Shown: positions 18,586-26,826 of the stretch, one piece after another
Numbering within the stretch: the first letter of the stretch is position 1
How the letters are laid out: each line of letters opens with the position of its first letter
Source of the DNA: a virus
Length of the DNA: 64,000 nt
Virus record (IMG/VR): IMGVR_UViG_3300009503_000019
Location: 57,042-121,041 of that record
Direction: 5' to 3' (one strand)
The notes under the pieces: model-generated
The model's database searches: none
What the model saw: the letters and a program-made list of their open reading frames with translations, nothing else
What the model was told of the DNA's origin: nothing
Translations under genes and position numbers: made by a program

Positions 18586-18614
18586 TTGACAAAAATTTTT
18601 TTAAATTATATAAT
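18586..18614 (+). promoter_or_regulatory. Consensus sigma70 promoter
   Basis: TTGACA-17-TATAAT, six nt before ATG 18621. Confidence 0.85.
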
Positions 18615-18620
18615 CAAAGC

Positions 18621-18857
18621 ATGGAAGTATTTAGTTATATTATTACTGGGATTATCTCAATATACGCTGGTGTTTTAATATATTTAATTAGACATTCAAT
18701 AACAAATAAAAAAGAAATAGATGAACAGATCAAAAATTTAGAAAAACAAATAGTAGAATTACAGACATGTTTAAAAGACACAAAGCAAATCATACAGGAT
18801 TTAAGAGAAAAAATAGAGAAGGTTGATGAAAGACTATGGAAATCTACAAAGAAATAA
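18621..18857 (+). CDS. Small membrane protein (1 TM plus coiled coil)
   Basis: N-terminal hydrophobic helix then heptad repeats. Confidence 0.7.
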   Translation: MEVFSYIITGIISIYAGVLIYLIRHSITNKKEIDEQIKNLEKQIVELQTCLKDTKQIIQDLREKIEKVDERLWKSTKK

Positions 18858-19018
18858 AAAATGAGTTATTAAAATTATATTCAAGTGTGGACATGTTAGA
18901 GAAACTTGTAGATTTGACCATTGTTAATTCCGGAAAATTTCATAAAAAGAAAACCATTCATTTTAAAACAGGAAAATCAAATAATTGTAAAAAAAATGGA
19001 AAAGGAGAATATAAATGA
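18836..19018 (+). CDS. Hypothetical protein
   Basis: 60 aa, overlaps both neighbours in operon fashion. Confidence 0.5.
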   Translation: MEIYKEIKNELLKLYSSVDMLEKLVDLTIVNSGKFHKKKTIHFKTGKSNNCKKNGKGEYK

Positions 19019-19368
19019 TAGCTATCATACCTCCTTATCAAGAGACTATAACATGTCAGGCTAATCAAACAACAACAAAGACTTATAGAACTAATAGGAT
19101 AGTAAGAGATTTTTGTATTTATATTATTTCAAAAACTTCTACTACTGCAACAATAAATATTAAATATGGAGATACAGTGAGAGATACAGGTAGTTATACA
19201 ACTGCACAAAAAATAGTTCATGTTTTTACTGAAAATGCTACATTTCCTGCATTAGCAAAAATGGATGGAACAGATTTAGGGTTATTTGATCTTGTTATAG
19301 AGATTACTCCAGGAACAACAACAGACTTTATTATTCTTATTTTTGGATCTCCTGTAAGAGACTTTTAG
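19015..19368 (+). CDS. Thr-rich beta protein, possibly structural
   Basis: 117 aa, Thr/Ile-rich, AAAGGAG RBS. Confidence 0.65.
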   Translation: MIAIIPPYQETITCQANQTTTKTYRTNRIVRDFCIYIISKTSTTATINIKYGDTVRDTGSYTTAQKIVHVFTENATFPALAKMDGTDLGLFDLVIEITPGTTTDFIILIFGSPVRDF

Positions 19369-19647
19369 ACAATCACTGATCTGCAAAAATAGGGGTATAA
19401 AATTACGAACATTATTAGAATCAAAAAAATAAGTATATTGAAAAATGTATAGTTACGTGAAAAATTAAGAATCAATTTTATATTAATCAAATAACTTACA
19501 AAATTTATATAATTTTTTCCGATATGTTAACCATTTTTGCCTTCGAAATTTCAACGATCTCCGGCGACCCCCTAGTAACCCCCTTACCCGGTATTCAAAA
19601 ATCAAAAAATAAGCAAAATTGTTTATTTTCTATGTTTAGAAAATTAC

Positions 19648-20430
19648 TTATTGTGAGAATAAATTTAAGTTAGCAAATTCAATTCTATTTTTTAATCGCT
19701 TAATTGCTTTTTCAAAATAATTATCATTTTTCTCAATGCATATCCATCTTCTTTTTGTTTCTTCACAAGCAAGGGCTGTTGAACCACTTCCAGCAAATGG
19801 ATCCAATACTAAATCATTTTCATTTGTTAGATATAAAATCCAGGTTTTTAATACATTCACAGGTTTTTCTGTGGGATGAAATCTATTTTGATTTTTATAA
19901 GATGCTTCAATATATGCTTTTTCCTGTCCTAGTTGATAATTAAAAATGTAGCCTTTCTTTGGAGAAGCCTCTCCTTTTACAGCCCAAAAAGCTGAGACAA
20001 TGTTTCTCATGAAATCAATGCGACGTGCCCTTGGAGTCGGATTCTTCAGTATATATCCAATATCCATCATTATATCCATATTATTTTCTTTACATAATTG
20101 ATATAGATAATTCATTCTTAATCTGTCAAAAAAGATGATTATACTTCTATAAGGTTTTAATATACGAATACATTCTAAAAACCATTTTTTTGTCCATTCA
20201 AGATATTCTTGTTCAGATTGGAATTCATCCCAGTCCCATCCAATTTCAATATCTGATCCACGATATTTTCCTTTATCTTTTTTTCTACGAATAATTGTTT
20301 GTTCGCGAATAAAATATGGTGGATCAGTTAAAATCATATCAATACTTTCAGAAGGTAATGTTGGTAGAATTTCAAAGCAATCTGCTTTATAGAATCTTCC
20401 ATTATTAATGTCGACAACGTTCTCTTTCAT
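19648..20430 (-). CDS. DNA N6-adenine/N4-cytosine methyltransferase (beta class)
   Basis: ILTDPPY, HPTEKP and VLDPFAGSGST in beta order. Confidence 0.92.
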   Translation of the reverse strand: MKENVVDINNGRFYKADCFEILPTLPSESIDMILTDPPYFIREQTIIRRKKDKGKYRGSDIEIGWDWDEFQSEQEYLEWTKKWFLECIRILKPYRSIIIFFDRLRMNYLYQLCKENNMDIMMDIGYILKNPTPRARRIDFMRNIVSAFWAVKGEASPKKGYIFNYQLGQEKAYIEASYKNQNRFHPTEKPVNVLKTWILYLTNENDLVLDPFAGSGSTALACEETKRRWICIEKNDNYFEKAIKRLKNRIEFANLNLFSQ

Positions 20431-20453
20431 TGTATCTCCTTATTGTTATTTAT

Positions 20454-20981
20454 TTAGAAATTGAATCGTAAAAATAATCCTGCTTGCCATCGTTTATCAC
20501 TATCTATTTGGCCATATCCTCCCAGGTCAATATCTTTGAACATGAATGGAACATATTCAATCCTGGGTGTTATAATCCATTCTGGAGCAAGTGATATATT
20601 TACACTTACATTACCTCGTAATAAGCTGAATACCCTTTTTGGCTTCAACTTCGGACACTCCGGACATTTAATCTCCAACTGGGGAAGCGTTGCACTTATT
20701 GGTTCTGGGCATTTTGTAATTCCAGACGGAAATGTTATGGTAGCAGTAATTTCTCCTGAATAAGGTTTCTCCCGCCATTTCACAATATATTTCGTTTTCC
20801 ATTTATAAACTACTTGTGTTGCAGGTTGTGGACTAACCTGTTCAATTGGGCATACTTGTTGATTCCCTGATATCTGCGGTGGAGTTATTGGTTGAGGAGA
20901 TTTGCATAATTCATACTGAATATACAAAGCAACAATAAGTAAAATATTTAAAATTATTGAGGTTATCAATATTTTTTTCAT
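20454..20981 (-). CDS. Envelope-spanning protein, spanin candidate
   Basis: N-terminal TM, Pro/Gln linker with Cys, C-terminal amphipathic beta strands ending WQAGLFLRFNF; in the endolysin operon. Confidence 0.55.
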   Translation of the reverse strand: MKKILITSIILNILLIVALYIQYELCKSPQPITPPQISGNQQVCPIEQVSPQPATQVVYKWKTKYIVKWREKPYSGEITATITFPSGITKCPEPISATLPQLEIKCPECPKLKPKRVFSLLRGNVSVNISLAPEWIITPRIEYVPFMFKDIDLGGYGQIDSDKRWQAGLFLRFNF

Positions 20982-20991
20982 TTTATCCTCC

Positions 20992-21078
20992 TTAACAATG
21001 TTTAATCAAAACAATAATTCCAATTATCAATATCCAAATAAGAGTTCCGATTAATACACCAATTGAAAGTCCTCTCAT
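20992..21078 (-). CDS. 28-aa single-TM peptide, holin candidate (not in ORF track)
   Basis: MRGLSIGVLIGTLIWILIIGIIVLIKHC; GGAGG RBS; ATGA overlap with the amidase stop; its TAA is followed by the RBS of the next gene. Confidence 0.7.
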   Translation of the reverse strand: MRGLSIGVLIGTLIWILIIGIIVLIKHC

Positions 21079-21722
21079 TTTTTTGTTCCTCCACTTTGAA
21101 TCCATTGATTTATTTCTATGCATGATTTCCATATTGCTTTTGCAATAGCATCAATCCATGTACCGTCTTTAAGTAAAGAAAAATGTATAACATTGTCAAT
21201 GAAAGCGGGTTCGTATATGAACGCAGGGCATTTGAATTTCTTAACTATATCATATCCTCTATCACCTTCTTTCAAATTCCATATTGTATCTTTTGATTCA
21301 TCAAAATCTTTAACTGAAATACCTAAAAATTTCATTGTATTATTTGAGAGTATTTGTCCATAAGCGGTTTCAATTTTAGTTAGTTCATTTTGTGAAATTA
21401 TTTTATCATCAAGATATCCCAGAACACTCATTATAAGTGCATAATTCCCTTTGCCACTGTTTAAATGGCACTGAATATATAGATCATTTTCATTAAAATT
21501 TTGATTTACCCAGTTTCTTCTTTTCCAATAATCCCCAACAAGAATATTTTTTGTTGGATCTGATATAAATACTTCAATTGAATGTTCTGTTTTCAACAAT
21601 TCATATGCTTTTTTGGCATACATTAATGCAAAATCAGCTTCATAAAAACCTTGATAAAATGCTCCTTTATCGTCCTTATTTGAATCTTTATACAAATGCC
21701 CTATGTCAAGCGCTACTTTCAT
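21075..21722 (-). CDS. N-acetylmuramoyl-L-alanine amidase endolysin (Amidase_3)
   Basis: VALDIGH...GA....E, IQCHLNS, PAFIYEPAFIDN. Confidence 0.88.
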   Translation of the reverse strand: MKVALDIGHLYKDSNKDDKGAFYQGFYEADFALMYAKKAYELLKTEHSIEVFISDPTKNILVGDYWKRRNWVNQNFNENDLYIQCHLNSGKGNYALIMSVLGYLDDKIISQNELTKIETAYGQILSNNTMKFLGISVKDFDESKDTIWNLKEGDRGYDIVKKFKCPAFIYEPAFIDNVIHFSLLKDGTWIDAIAKAIWKSCIEINQWIQSGGTKK

Positions 21723-21764
21723 AATTGCAACCTCCTTATTCAGAGAAAATTATATCAAAAAAAA

Positions 21765-22121
21765 TTATTTTTTAAACAATTTATTTAAAGTTTTTTTAAA
21801 ATCTTTTAGAGAGCTATAATAGTCTTCTCCTTCAGCTTCTACATTGTCTTTAGTTCGTCTTAATAAAATTTTATTGTGCCAATCGTTTTTTTGATATCTT
21901 ACATCCGGAACAAAGAAGTATACATATTTATCATTCTTTTTGACATATCCCCAGATAAAATAATGTCCAACACTATGTTTATCTAATTTGGCTCCTTTAG
22001 GTAGATTCTCTCTGACATGATTTAGGAATAATAATGCGAATTTTTTAAAATCTCTTGTTGTTTTGACGCCACTTTTAAATTCCCAATTCAAATAATCTTC
22101 AAGTTTTTTTGGAAGCTTCAT
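21765..22121 (-). CDS. Hypothetical protein
   Basis: 118 aa, operonic. Confidence 0.7.
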   Translation of the reverse strand: MKLPKKLEDYLNWEFKSGVKTTRDFKKFALLFLNHVRENLPKGAKLDKHSVGHYFIWGYVKKNDKYVYFFVPDVRYQKNDWHNKILLRRTKDNVEAEGEDYYSSLKDFKKTLNKLFKK

Positions 22122-22997
22122 TTATGTCCTCCTATACGGGCATCCATGTGTATTTATAATATTTATTCCTTTTCTCATATAATATTTTATTGGTTTATCT
22201 TCTAAAATATTGCCTAGAGATTTTCTTAAGAAAGAACATGGATAAACATTACCAATAGCATCTATTGTAAGAAATCTCTTTGTACCATAACATTTATTAC
22301 ATGTAAATCCATCTACAGCTATTTTTTGGTATTTATGCATAAAAATATCTTTTGCAATTCTATATACTTCTTCTGGAAAAATCATTTTTTCATAATATTC
22401 TTTATTTACAGGTTTCAATGTTAACAGTAATAATGTTGCATCATATATTCTTGCAATTTCAACAATAGTATTCAAAAAAGGTATTGTATCCTTTTTGACA
22501 ATAAAATTTATTGCTGCATCTATATTTTTTTCATTTAAAAATTTTAAAGATTTTACCAAATTTTCTATTCCTGTATGGAAGGATACACTTATTCTGTCAA
22601 ACATATTTAATTTATTTCCAAATTTTTGTAATTTCAATCCATTTGTAGTCATACTTACTAGCATATTTTTTGATTTCGCATATTTAGCAAGTTCTATTAT
22701 ATCTTTACGAAATAATGGTTCTCCCCCTCCGAATGTTATTTGCCATACATTTTCTGCGGCTAGTTTACTGATAACTTTCTTCCATTTTTCAGTCGATAAT
22801 TCATTTCCATTTTTTTCCATATAACATTCTTTACAATTTAATTGACATTTGTTAGATACTTCTAAATGAACGAATTCAGGTGACGGCCATGTTTTTGGAA
22901 TCTTTAGTCCTAATTTTTTTGTTTCTTTTCGGTTTAGTCTTATTATTACATAATCTCTTCTGAGTACTAATCCTTCCGGCGTTAATTTTATTTGCAT
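22122..22997 (-). CDS. Radical SAM protein with short SPASM/Twitch-like C-terminus
   Basis: CQLNCKEC, TFGGGEP, MTTNG, C..C....GNVYPCS...LGNI, terminal GCP; start moved to ATG 22997 (AGAGGAG RBS). Confidence 0.9.
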   Translation of the reverse strand: MQIKLTPEGLVLRRDYVIIRLNRKETKKLGLKIPKTWPSPEFVHLEVSNKCQLNCKECYMEKNGNELSTEKWKKVISKLAAENVWQITFGGGEPLFRKDIIELAKYAKSKNMLVSMTTNGLKLQKFGNKLNMFDRISVSFHTGIENLVKSLKFLNEKNIDAAINFIVKKDTIPFLNTIVEIARIYDATLLLLTLKPVNKEYYEKMIFPEEVYRIAKDIFMHKYQKIAVDGFTCNKCYGTKRFLTIDAIGNVYPCSFLRKSLGNILEDKPIKYYMRKGINIINTHGCPYRRT

Positions 22998-23496
22998 TTT
23001 CTCTCCTCTTAAGTATTTCAAATAATAATCCAGAATTATACCATATAGTTTCATCATGAAATAATTTTTCTGGAATTGGAATAACGTTTTCATCTAAAAG
23101 AGAAACTGAATATATTGCATCCTCTTCGTCGAGAAAAATACGCCAATCATTTATTACCCAAAATGCAAGTTTAATTAATTTTTCATTATCTCCTTTTTTA
23201 ATTTTAAAAATTTTTCTTATATTTTCAAGCATTTCAGGATATTTTTTCAGATAATAAGCAAAATTTATAGTATTGCAAAAATCTTCATAATGAAAACCTC
23301 CTCCACCAAAATCTTCGCATAAATATAAATCATTCACTATTTGTTTCATCTCTTCTGGATCTAATTTGAATAAATCTACGATAAAATCAGTTGCACAACC
23401 TGCTTCATCCATATAATCATGAATAGCAAAATATTCTCCATATAAGTATAAAGCAATTTCGGAACAATTTATCTGTAATGCATTCTCTATTTTCAT
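22876..23496 (-). CDS. Hypothetical protein
   Basis: 206 aa acidic; C-terminus overlaps the radical SAM start by 122 nt. Confidence 0.65.
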   Translation of the reverse strand: MKIENALQINCSEIALYLYGEYFAIHDYMDEAGCATDFIVDLFKLDPEEMKQIVNDLYLCEDFGGGGFHYEDFCNTINFAYYLKKYPEMLENIRKIFKIKKGDNEKLIKLAFWVINDWRIFLDEEDAIYSVSLLDENVIPIPEKLFHDETIWYNSGLLFEILKRRENANKINAGRISTQKRLCNNKTKPKRNKKIRTKDSKNMAVT

Positions 23497-23771
23497 TTCT
23501 TCCTTCTCCTTTGTTTCTTTTTTTTTCCTCCAATTATTAACAATTCATCATAAACCATATATTTTCCTAATACAGATGCTATACTTTTAGATTTAATATT
23601 TTTTTTATATTTTATTTGAATAAGTCTTATTTCTTTTAATAAAGGATGAATAGCAATAAGATCCCATTTGCCATGAGAACCAGATGCTCTTATAACAATA
23701 TATCCTTCTTTTTCAAGTTTCTTTTTGATTAAATACTCGTATCTTCTTCCTTTTAAATATCTACTTTTCAT
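23493..23771 (-). CDS. Hjc-type Holliday junction resolvase (PD-(D/E)xK)
   Basis: KGRRYEYLIKKKLEKEGY.VIRASGS...DLIAI...IQIK. Confidence 0.85.
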   Translation of the reverse strand: MKSRYLKGRRYEYLIKKKLEKEGYIVIRASGSHGKWDLIAIHPLLKEIRLIQIKYKKNIKSKSIASVLGKYMVYDELLIIGGKKKKQRRRKK

Positions 23772-23772
23772 T

Positions 23773-24255
23773 TCATTGCAAATTACTTTTATCTACTTTT
23801 TCTTCTAACATGTTAGAAAGAAATGAGAATTTTCCTGCAGATTTATCGCATTGTGTTCTTTGTTCCCTAATGATTTCTCTTTTTTCAGGATCCAAAATCA
23901 TCATACAAGAGTATGATTGGACTTGTCCTGAATTGTCAATAAATTCTAATGTTACATATGCACCATCGTCATAGAATTCCCATTCTCCTTTTTTATCATT
24001 GAAAATACGAATTCGGGCTTCACCCACCATAATAATTAACTCTGGAATATGTTTATTTACATATTGTTGTAATGCCATTGCACCTAATTCCTTTGTTTCT
24101 TCATTTTGCATAATTTCACGGGTAGAAACTATTTTTAATTCCCCATTTTTTAACATAAATAGTACAGGTTCAAGATATCCATCTCTTTTGTATAAAGATT
24201 TAGCTTGTTCAATAACTGTATCGAATAATTCAAGTGCTTTCTGTTCTTCCATCAT
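23773..24255 (-). CDS. Hypothetical protein
   Basis: 160 aa, GGAGG RBS. Confidence 0.7.
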   Translation of the reverse strand: MMEEQKALELFDTVIEQAKSLYKRDGYLEPVLFMLKNGELKIVSTREIMQNEETKELGAMALQQYVNKHIPELIIMVGEARIRIFNDKKGEWEFYDDGAYVTLEFIDNSGQVQSYSCMMILDPEKREIIREQRTQCDKSAGKFSFLSNMLEEKVDKSNLQ

Positions 24256-24506
24256 TCTTCCTCCTTTTTATTTCTTCTTCTTATGTTTTTTAATGTTAAT
24301 TCAATTGTATGCTTCACATCTTCAGTTAGATATTTATCACGTAATTCATTATAATGTTTCATAATACTAAGAATTTTTTCTTTGCTTAATCCACTAATCT
24401 TGGAAACGAATACAATATCAAACATATTAGTTATTCCCGACTGTCTAATTGTTTCGTATGCGATAAAATCTGACTTTGATATTTCATTGATATCAAGTTC
24501 CTTCAT
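24252..24506 (-). CDS. DUF5049-like small protein
   Basis: YETIRQSGITNMFD; start moved to ATG 24506 (AAGGAGG RBS). Confidence 0.65.
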   Translation of the reverse strand: MKELDINEISKSDFIAYETIRQSGITNMFDIVFVSKISGLSKEKILSIMKHYNELRDKYLTEDVKHTIELTLKNIRRRNKKEEE

Positions 24507-25509
24507 TTTTTTCCTCCTTATCTTTATCCAATGAAAAATCACAAAATTTATTTCCTTCCTTTTCCGCAATCTCTTCCAGTTGAGACAAAAATAATTTTTT
24601 CCCTTTATACAAATATCTTCCCCTTTCTGCTTCTTCAATATAACCTTTTCTGATAAAATGGCTTATTCTGTCAAAAGCGACAGAAAATCCTTTTCCATAG
24701 ATTATTTTTTCATAGATTGTTTGTAAAGGAATATTTATTTTATTTTTAATAGTTTGAATTTTTACAATTTGATGATCCTCTTTTCTTTCTTCAATTTCTA
24801 ATTGAAGTGAGATGAAACACCAATGTCTTAGAGCATGTCCTCCAGTAGGAATAGTCGTTGGGATCATCCCTCTTATGAAAGCACTACGAACTTGATTAAC
24901 GATTATAAGAGGAACTTTATATTCGTCTAATATTCCAATAGTCATCCGTAGCTCGGGACCAAGTTTTCTTGCAAATTCCCCTATTTGCTGGGATAATTCA
25001 ACATCTCTAATATTTTGCTGAAATTGTGCATCTGGAATTAATGATGATATTGAATCAATTATAACAATATCTGCAATTTTTTGTTTAACTGCAGCTCTAA
25101 TTTTAGAAAATACTTTTGAAATTTGTAATTCTTTTAAAATTTTTAATTTCTTTTTGGAAATATCTATTCCTATATCTATTACTGCTTGCTTGGTTAATGA
25201 TTTTTCTGCATCTACGACCATAACAGTTTTATTAAGGTCATTTATCCAGTGTTTGGACCATGATAACCATAATGTAGATTTGCCTGCAGATTCTTCTCCC
25301 AACATTTCAATTATTTTACCAACAGGAATTCCTCCACCTAATACGTCATCTATTCCGATATAACCCGTAGGGATTGTTTCCAACTCAGTTAACGCGGATA
25401 AATCTACAAGGTTTTCAATCTGTTCTTCTTGCTCTGCTGTTGCTAATACATTTGTTTGTTCTTGATATGTCGTTTCTGCTTTAGGTATTTTCCTTTTTCT
25501 GCCTCTCAT
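24493..25509 (-). CDS. recA: RecA/UvsX-family recombinase
   Basis: IPTG..GIDDVLGGGIPVGKIIEMLGEESAGKST, VDAEK, IIDSIS, IVNQVR, TGGHALRH. Confidence 0.92.
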   Translation of the reverse strand: MRGRKRKIPKAETTYQEQTNVLATAEQEEQIENLVDLSALTELETIPTGYIGIDDVLGGGIPVGKIIEMLGEESAGKSTLWLSWSKHWINDLNKTVMVVDAEKSLTKQAVIDIGIDISKKKLKILKELQISKVFSKIRAAVKQKIADIVIIDSISSLIPDAQFQQNIRDVELSQQIGEFARKLGPELRMTIGILDEYKVPLIIVNQVRSAFIRGMIPTTIPTGGHALRHWCFISLQLEIEERKEDHQIVKIQTIKNKINIPLQTIYEKIIYGKGFSVAFDRISHFIRKGYIEEAERGRYLYKGKKLFLSQLEEIAEKEGNKFCDFSLDKDKEEKNEGT

Positions 25510-25747
25510 TGTTTCCTCCTATTATTTTTTTACTCAATTCTTTTATACCCTGCCAGCATTCTTTACACAACCATATTCGCATCAAAGAACTTCTCTTATA
25601 AAGAACATACCAAATGAAAGTTGCCACTTCTCCACAAATAGAACATTCCATCTCCTTTTTTGTTTCAGGATCATATTCTATTATATATTCTTGAATTCTA
25701 AATTTTTCATCTTCTTTTCCTATCATTCTTCTGTAAATAATTTTCAT
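25481..25747 (-). CDS. Small Zn-ribbon protein
   Basis: CSICG...LCKEC. Confidence 0.65.
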   Translation of the reverse strand: MKIIYRRMIGKEDEKFRIQEYIIEYDPETKKEMECSICGEVATFIWYVLYKRSSLMRIWLCKECWQGIKELSKKIIGGNNERQKKENT

Positions 25748-25748
25748 T

Positions 25749-26084
25749 TCAGTCCTCCTTCAATAATTTTAAAAACTTGCCATGTCCTTCTTTAAAAATA
25801 AATGGTGCAATTTGACAAGCACCAGTATCACAATATCCACAGAACCCATGAGAATAACAAAATTGTTCTTCAGATATTTCAACTCCGCAACAAAGACAAT
25901 AGAATTTTCCAGTATTTTTTATCCAGACATCACATATCTTTTCTTCAGGATCAGTTCCACCACCAGCTGTATGATAACCCATTTTTGTTAAAACTTTTTC
26001 TATTTTTTCATATCTATCTTCAGGAGATAACAAAGGAAATGTCAAAATTATAAATTTTTTATCTTTTGTAAATTCTATTTTCAT
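25749..26084 (-). CDS. Cys-rich hypothetical protein
   Basis: YCLCCG...FCYSHGFCGYC. Confidence 0.65.
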   Translation of the reverse strand: MKIEFTKDKKFIILTFPLLSPEDRYEKIEKVLTKMGYHTAGGGTDPEEKICDVWIKNTGKFYCLCCGVEISEEQFCYSHGFCGYCDTGACQIAPFIFKEGHGKFLKLLKED

Positions 26085-26102
26085 TCTATAGTCCTTTCAT
26101 TG

Positions 26103-26187
26103 TGCCCGAGGCCGGACTTGAACCGACACGGGAGGCATCTCCCAGAGGATTTTAAGTCCTCTGTGTCTTCCATTCCACCACTCGGGC
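26103..26187 (-). tRNA. tRNA-Leu(UAA), class II, CCA not encoded
   Basis: GCCCGAG/CTCGGGC acceptor, TGG D-loop, GAGGA-CTTAAAA-TCCTC anticodon arm, GGGAG/CTCCC variable arm, GGTTCAAGTCC T-loop. Confidence 0.95.
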
Positions 26188-26194
26188 ATCTTAT

Positions 26195-26587
26195 TTATTC
26201 TTTTAATTTTTTTATTTCCTTTTCAATAATTTTATATTGTTCTAGAAGTTTTTTACCTGAAGTTGCTATATTAAGTTCAAAGAGTTTACAAGAATCAGGA
26301 TCATTCACATTAATACATGAATAAATTCGCATAAAGCAATTGTCTGAATAATTTTCACAGCATATTGTCCATGTTGAATAACTTTCAGTACCGCTAGTAT
26401 CACCTAATATAGCACATGAATGATTTGCATATTTATTGTCCTGCAAGAAGCCAAGATTACTAATCAGTAAGTTATATTTTAAATCAGCAAAGAAATCAAA
26501 TATTACAATCAATAATATTATTGAAACTACAATAAGTGCAATTTGTATTAGTCTGTATTTTCTTTTACTTACGGTTATTTCTTTCAT
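26195..26587 (-). CDS. Membrane-anchored Cys-containing protein
   Basis: N-terminal TM; six Cys in the exported part (SCA, ICCE, NCF, SCI, SCK). Confidence 0.7.
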   Translation of the reverse strand: MKEITVSKRKYRLIQIALIVVSIILLIVIFDFFADLKYNLLISNLGFLQDNKYANHSCAILGDTSGTESYSTWTICCENYSDNCFMRIYSCINVNDPDSCKLFELNIATSGKKLLEQYKIIEKEIKKLKE

Positions 26588-26614
26588 ATTTTTCCTCCTT
26601 TTTTATTTTTTTCC

Positions 26615-26824
26615 TTAGTAACAATTTGTTGTGCAAATAGTTCCGTAACAACATGTCTGACAGGTTGTGCATCCGTAAATGTCGCAGCATCTTTCGTAGC
26701 AACAATCCCCTGAACACCAGCTGGTACAGGTCATATCGCCGTAATATACCTGGGAATTGTCTTTTGCAAATGAGAATAAACTGATTGCAATTGCTAAGAA
26801 AATTATTTTTGCTAGCTTCTTCAT
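26615..26824 (-). CDS. Secreted 12-cysteine miniprotein
   Basis: AAGGAGGT RBS; signal peptide MKKLAKIIFLAIAISLFSFA; 12 Cys in the last 37 residues. Confidence 0.85.
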   Translation of the reverse strand: MKKLAKIIFLAIAISLFSFAKDNSQVYYGDMTCTSWCSGDCCYERCCDIYGCTTCQTCCYGTICTTNCY

Positions 26825-26826
26825 AT

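Noticed and set aside
18621-18857. Holin or i-spanin call for the TM plus coiled-coil protein
   Set aside because: Architecture fits, but it is in a separate opposite-strand operon from the amidase and has no diagnostic motif; left as a membrane protein
26100-26324. 74-aa ORF MCPRPDLNRHG...
   Set aside because: Its first 30 codons are simply the antisense of the tRNA-Leu gene
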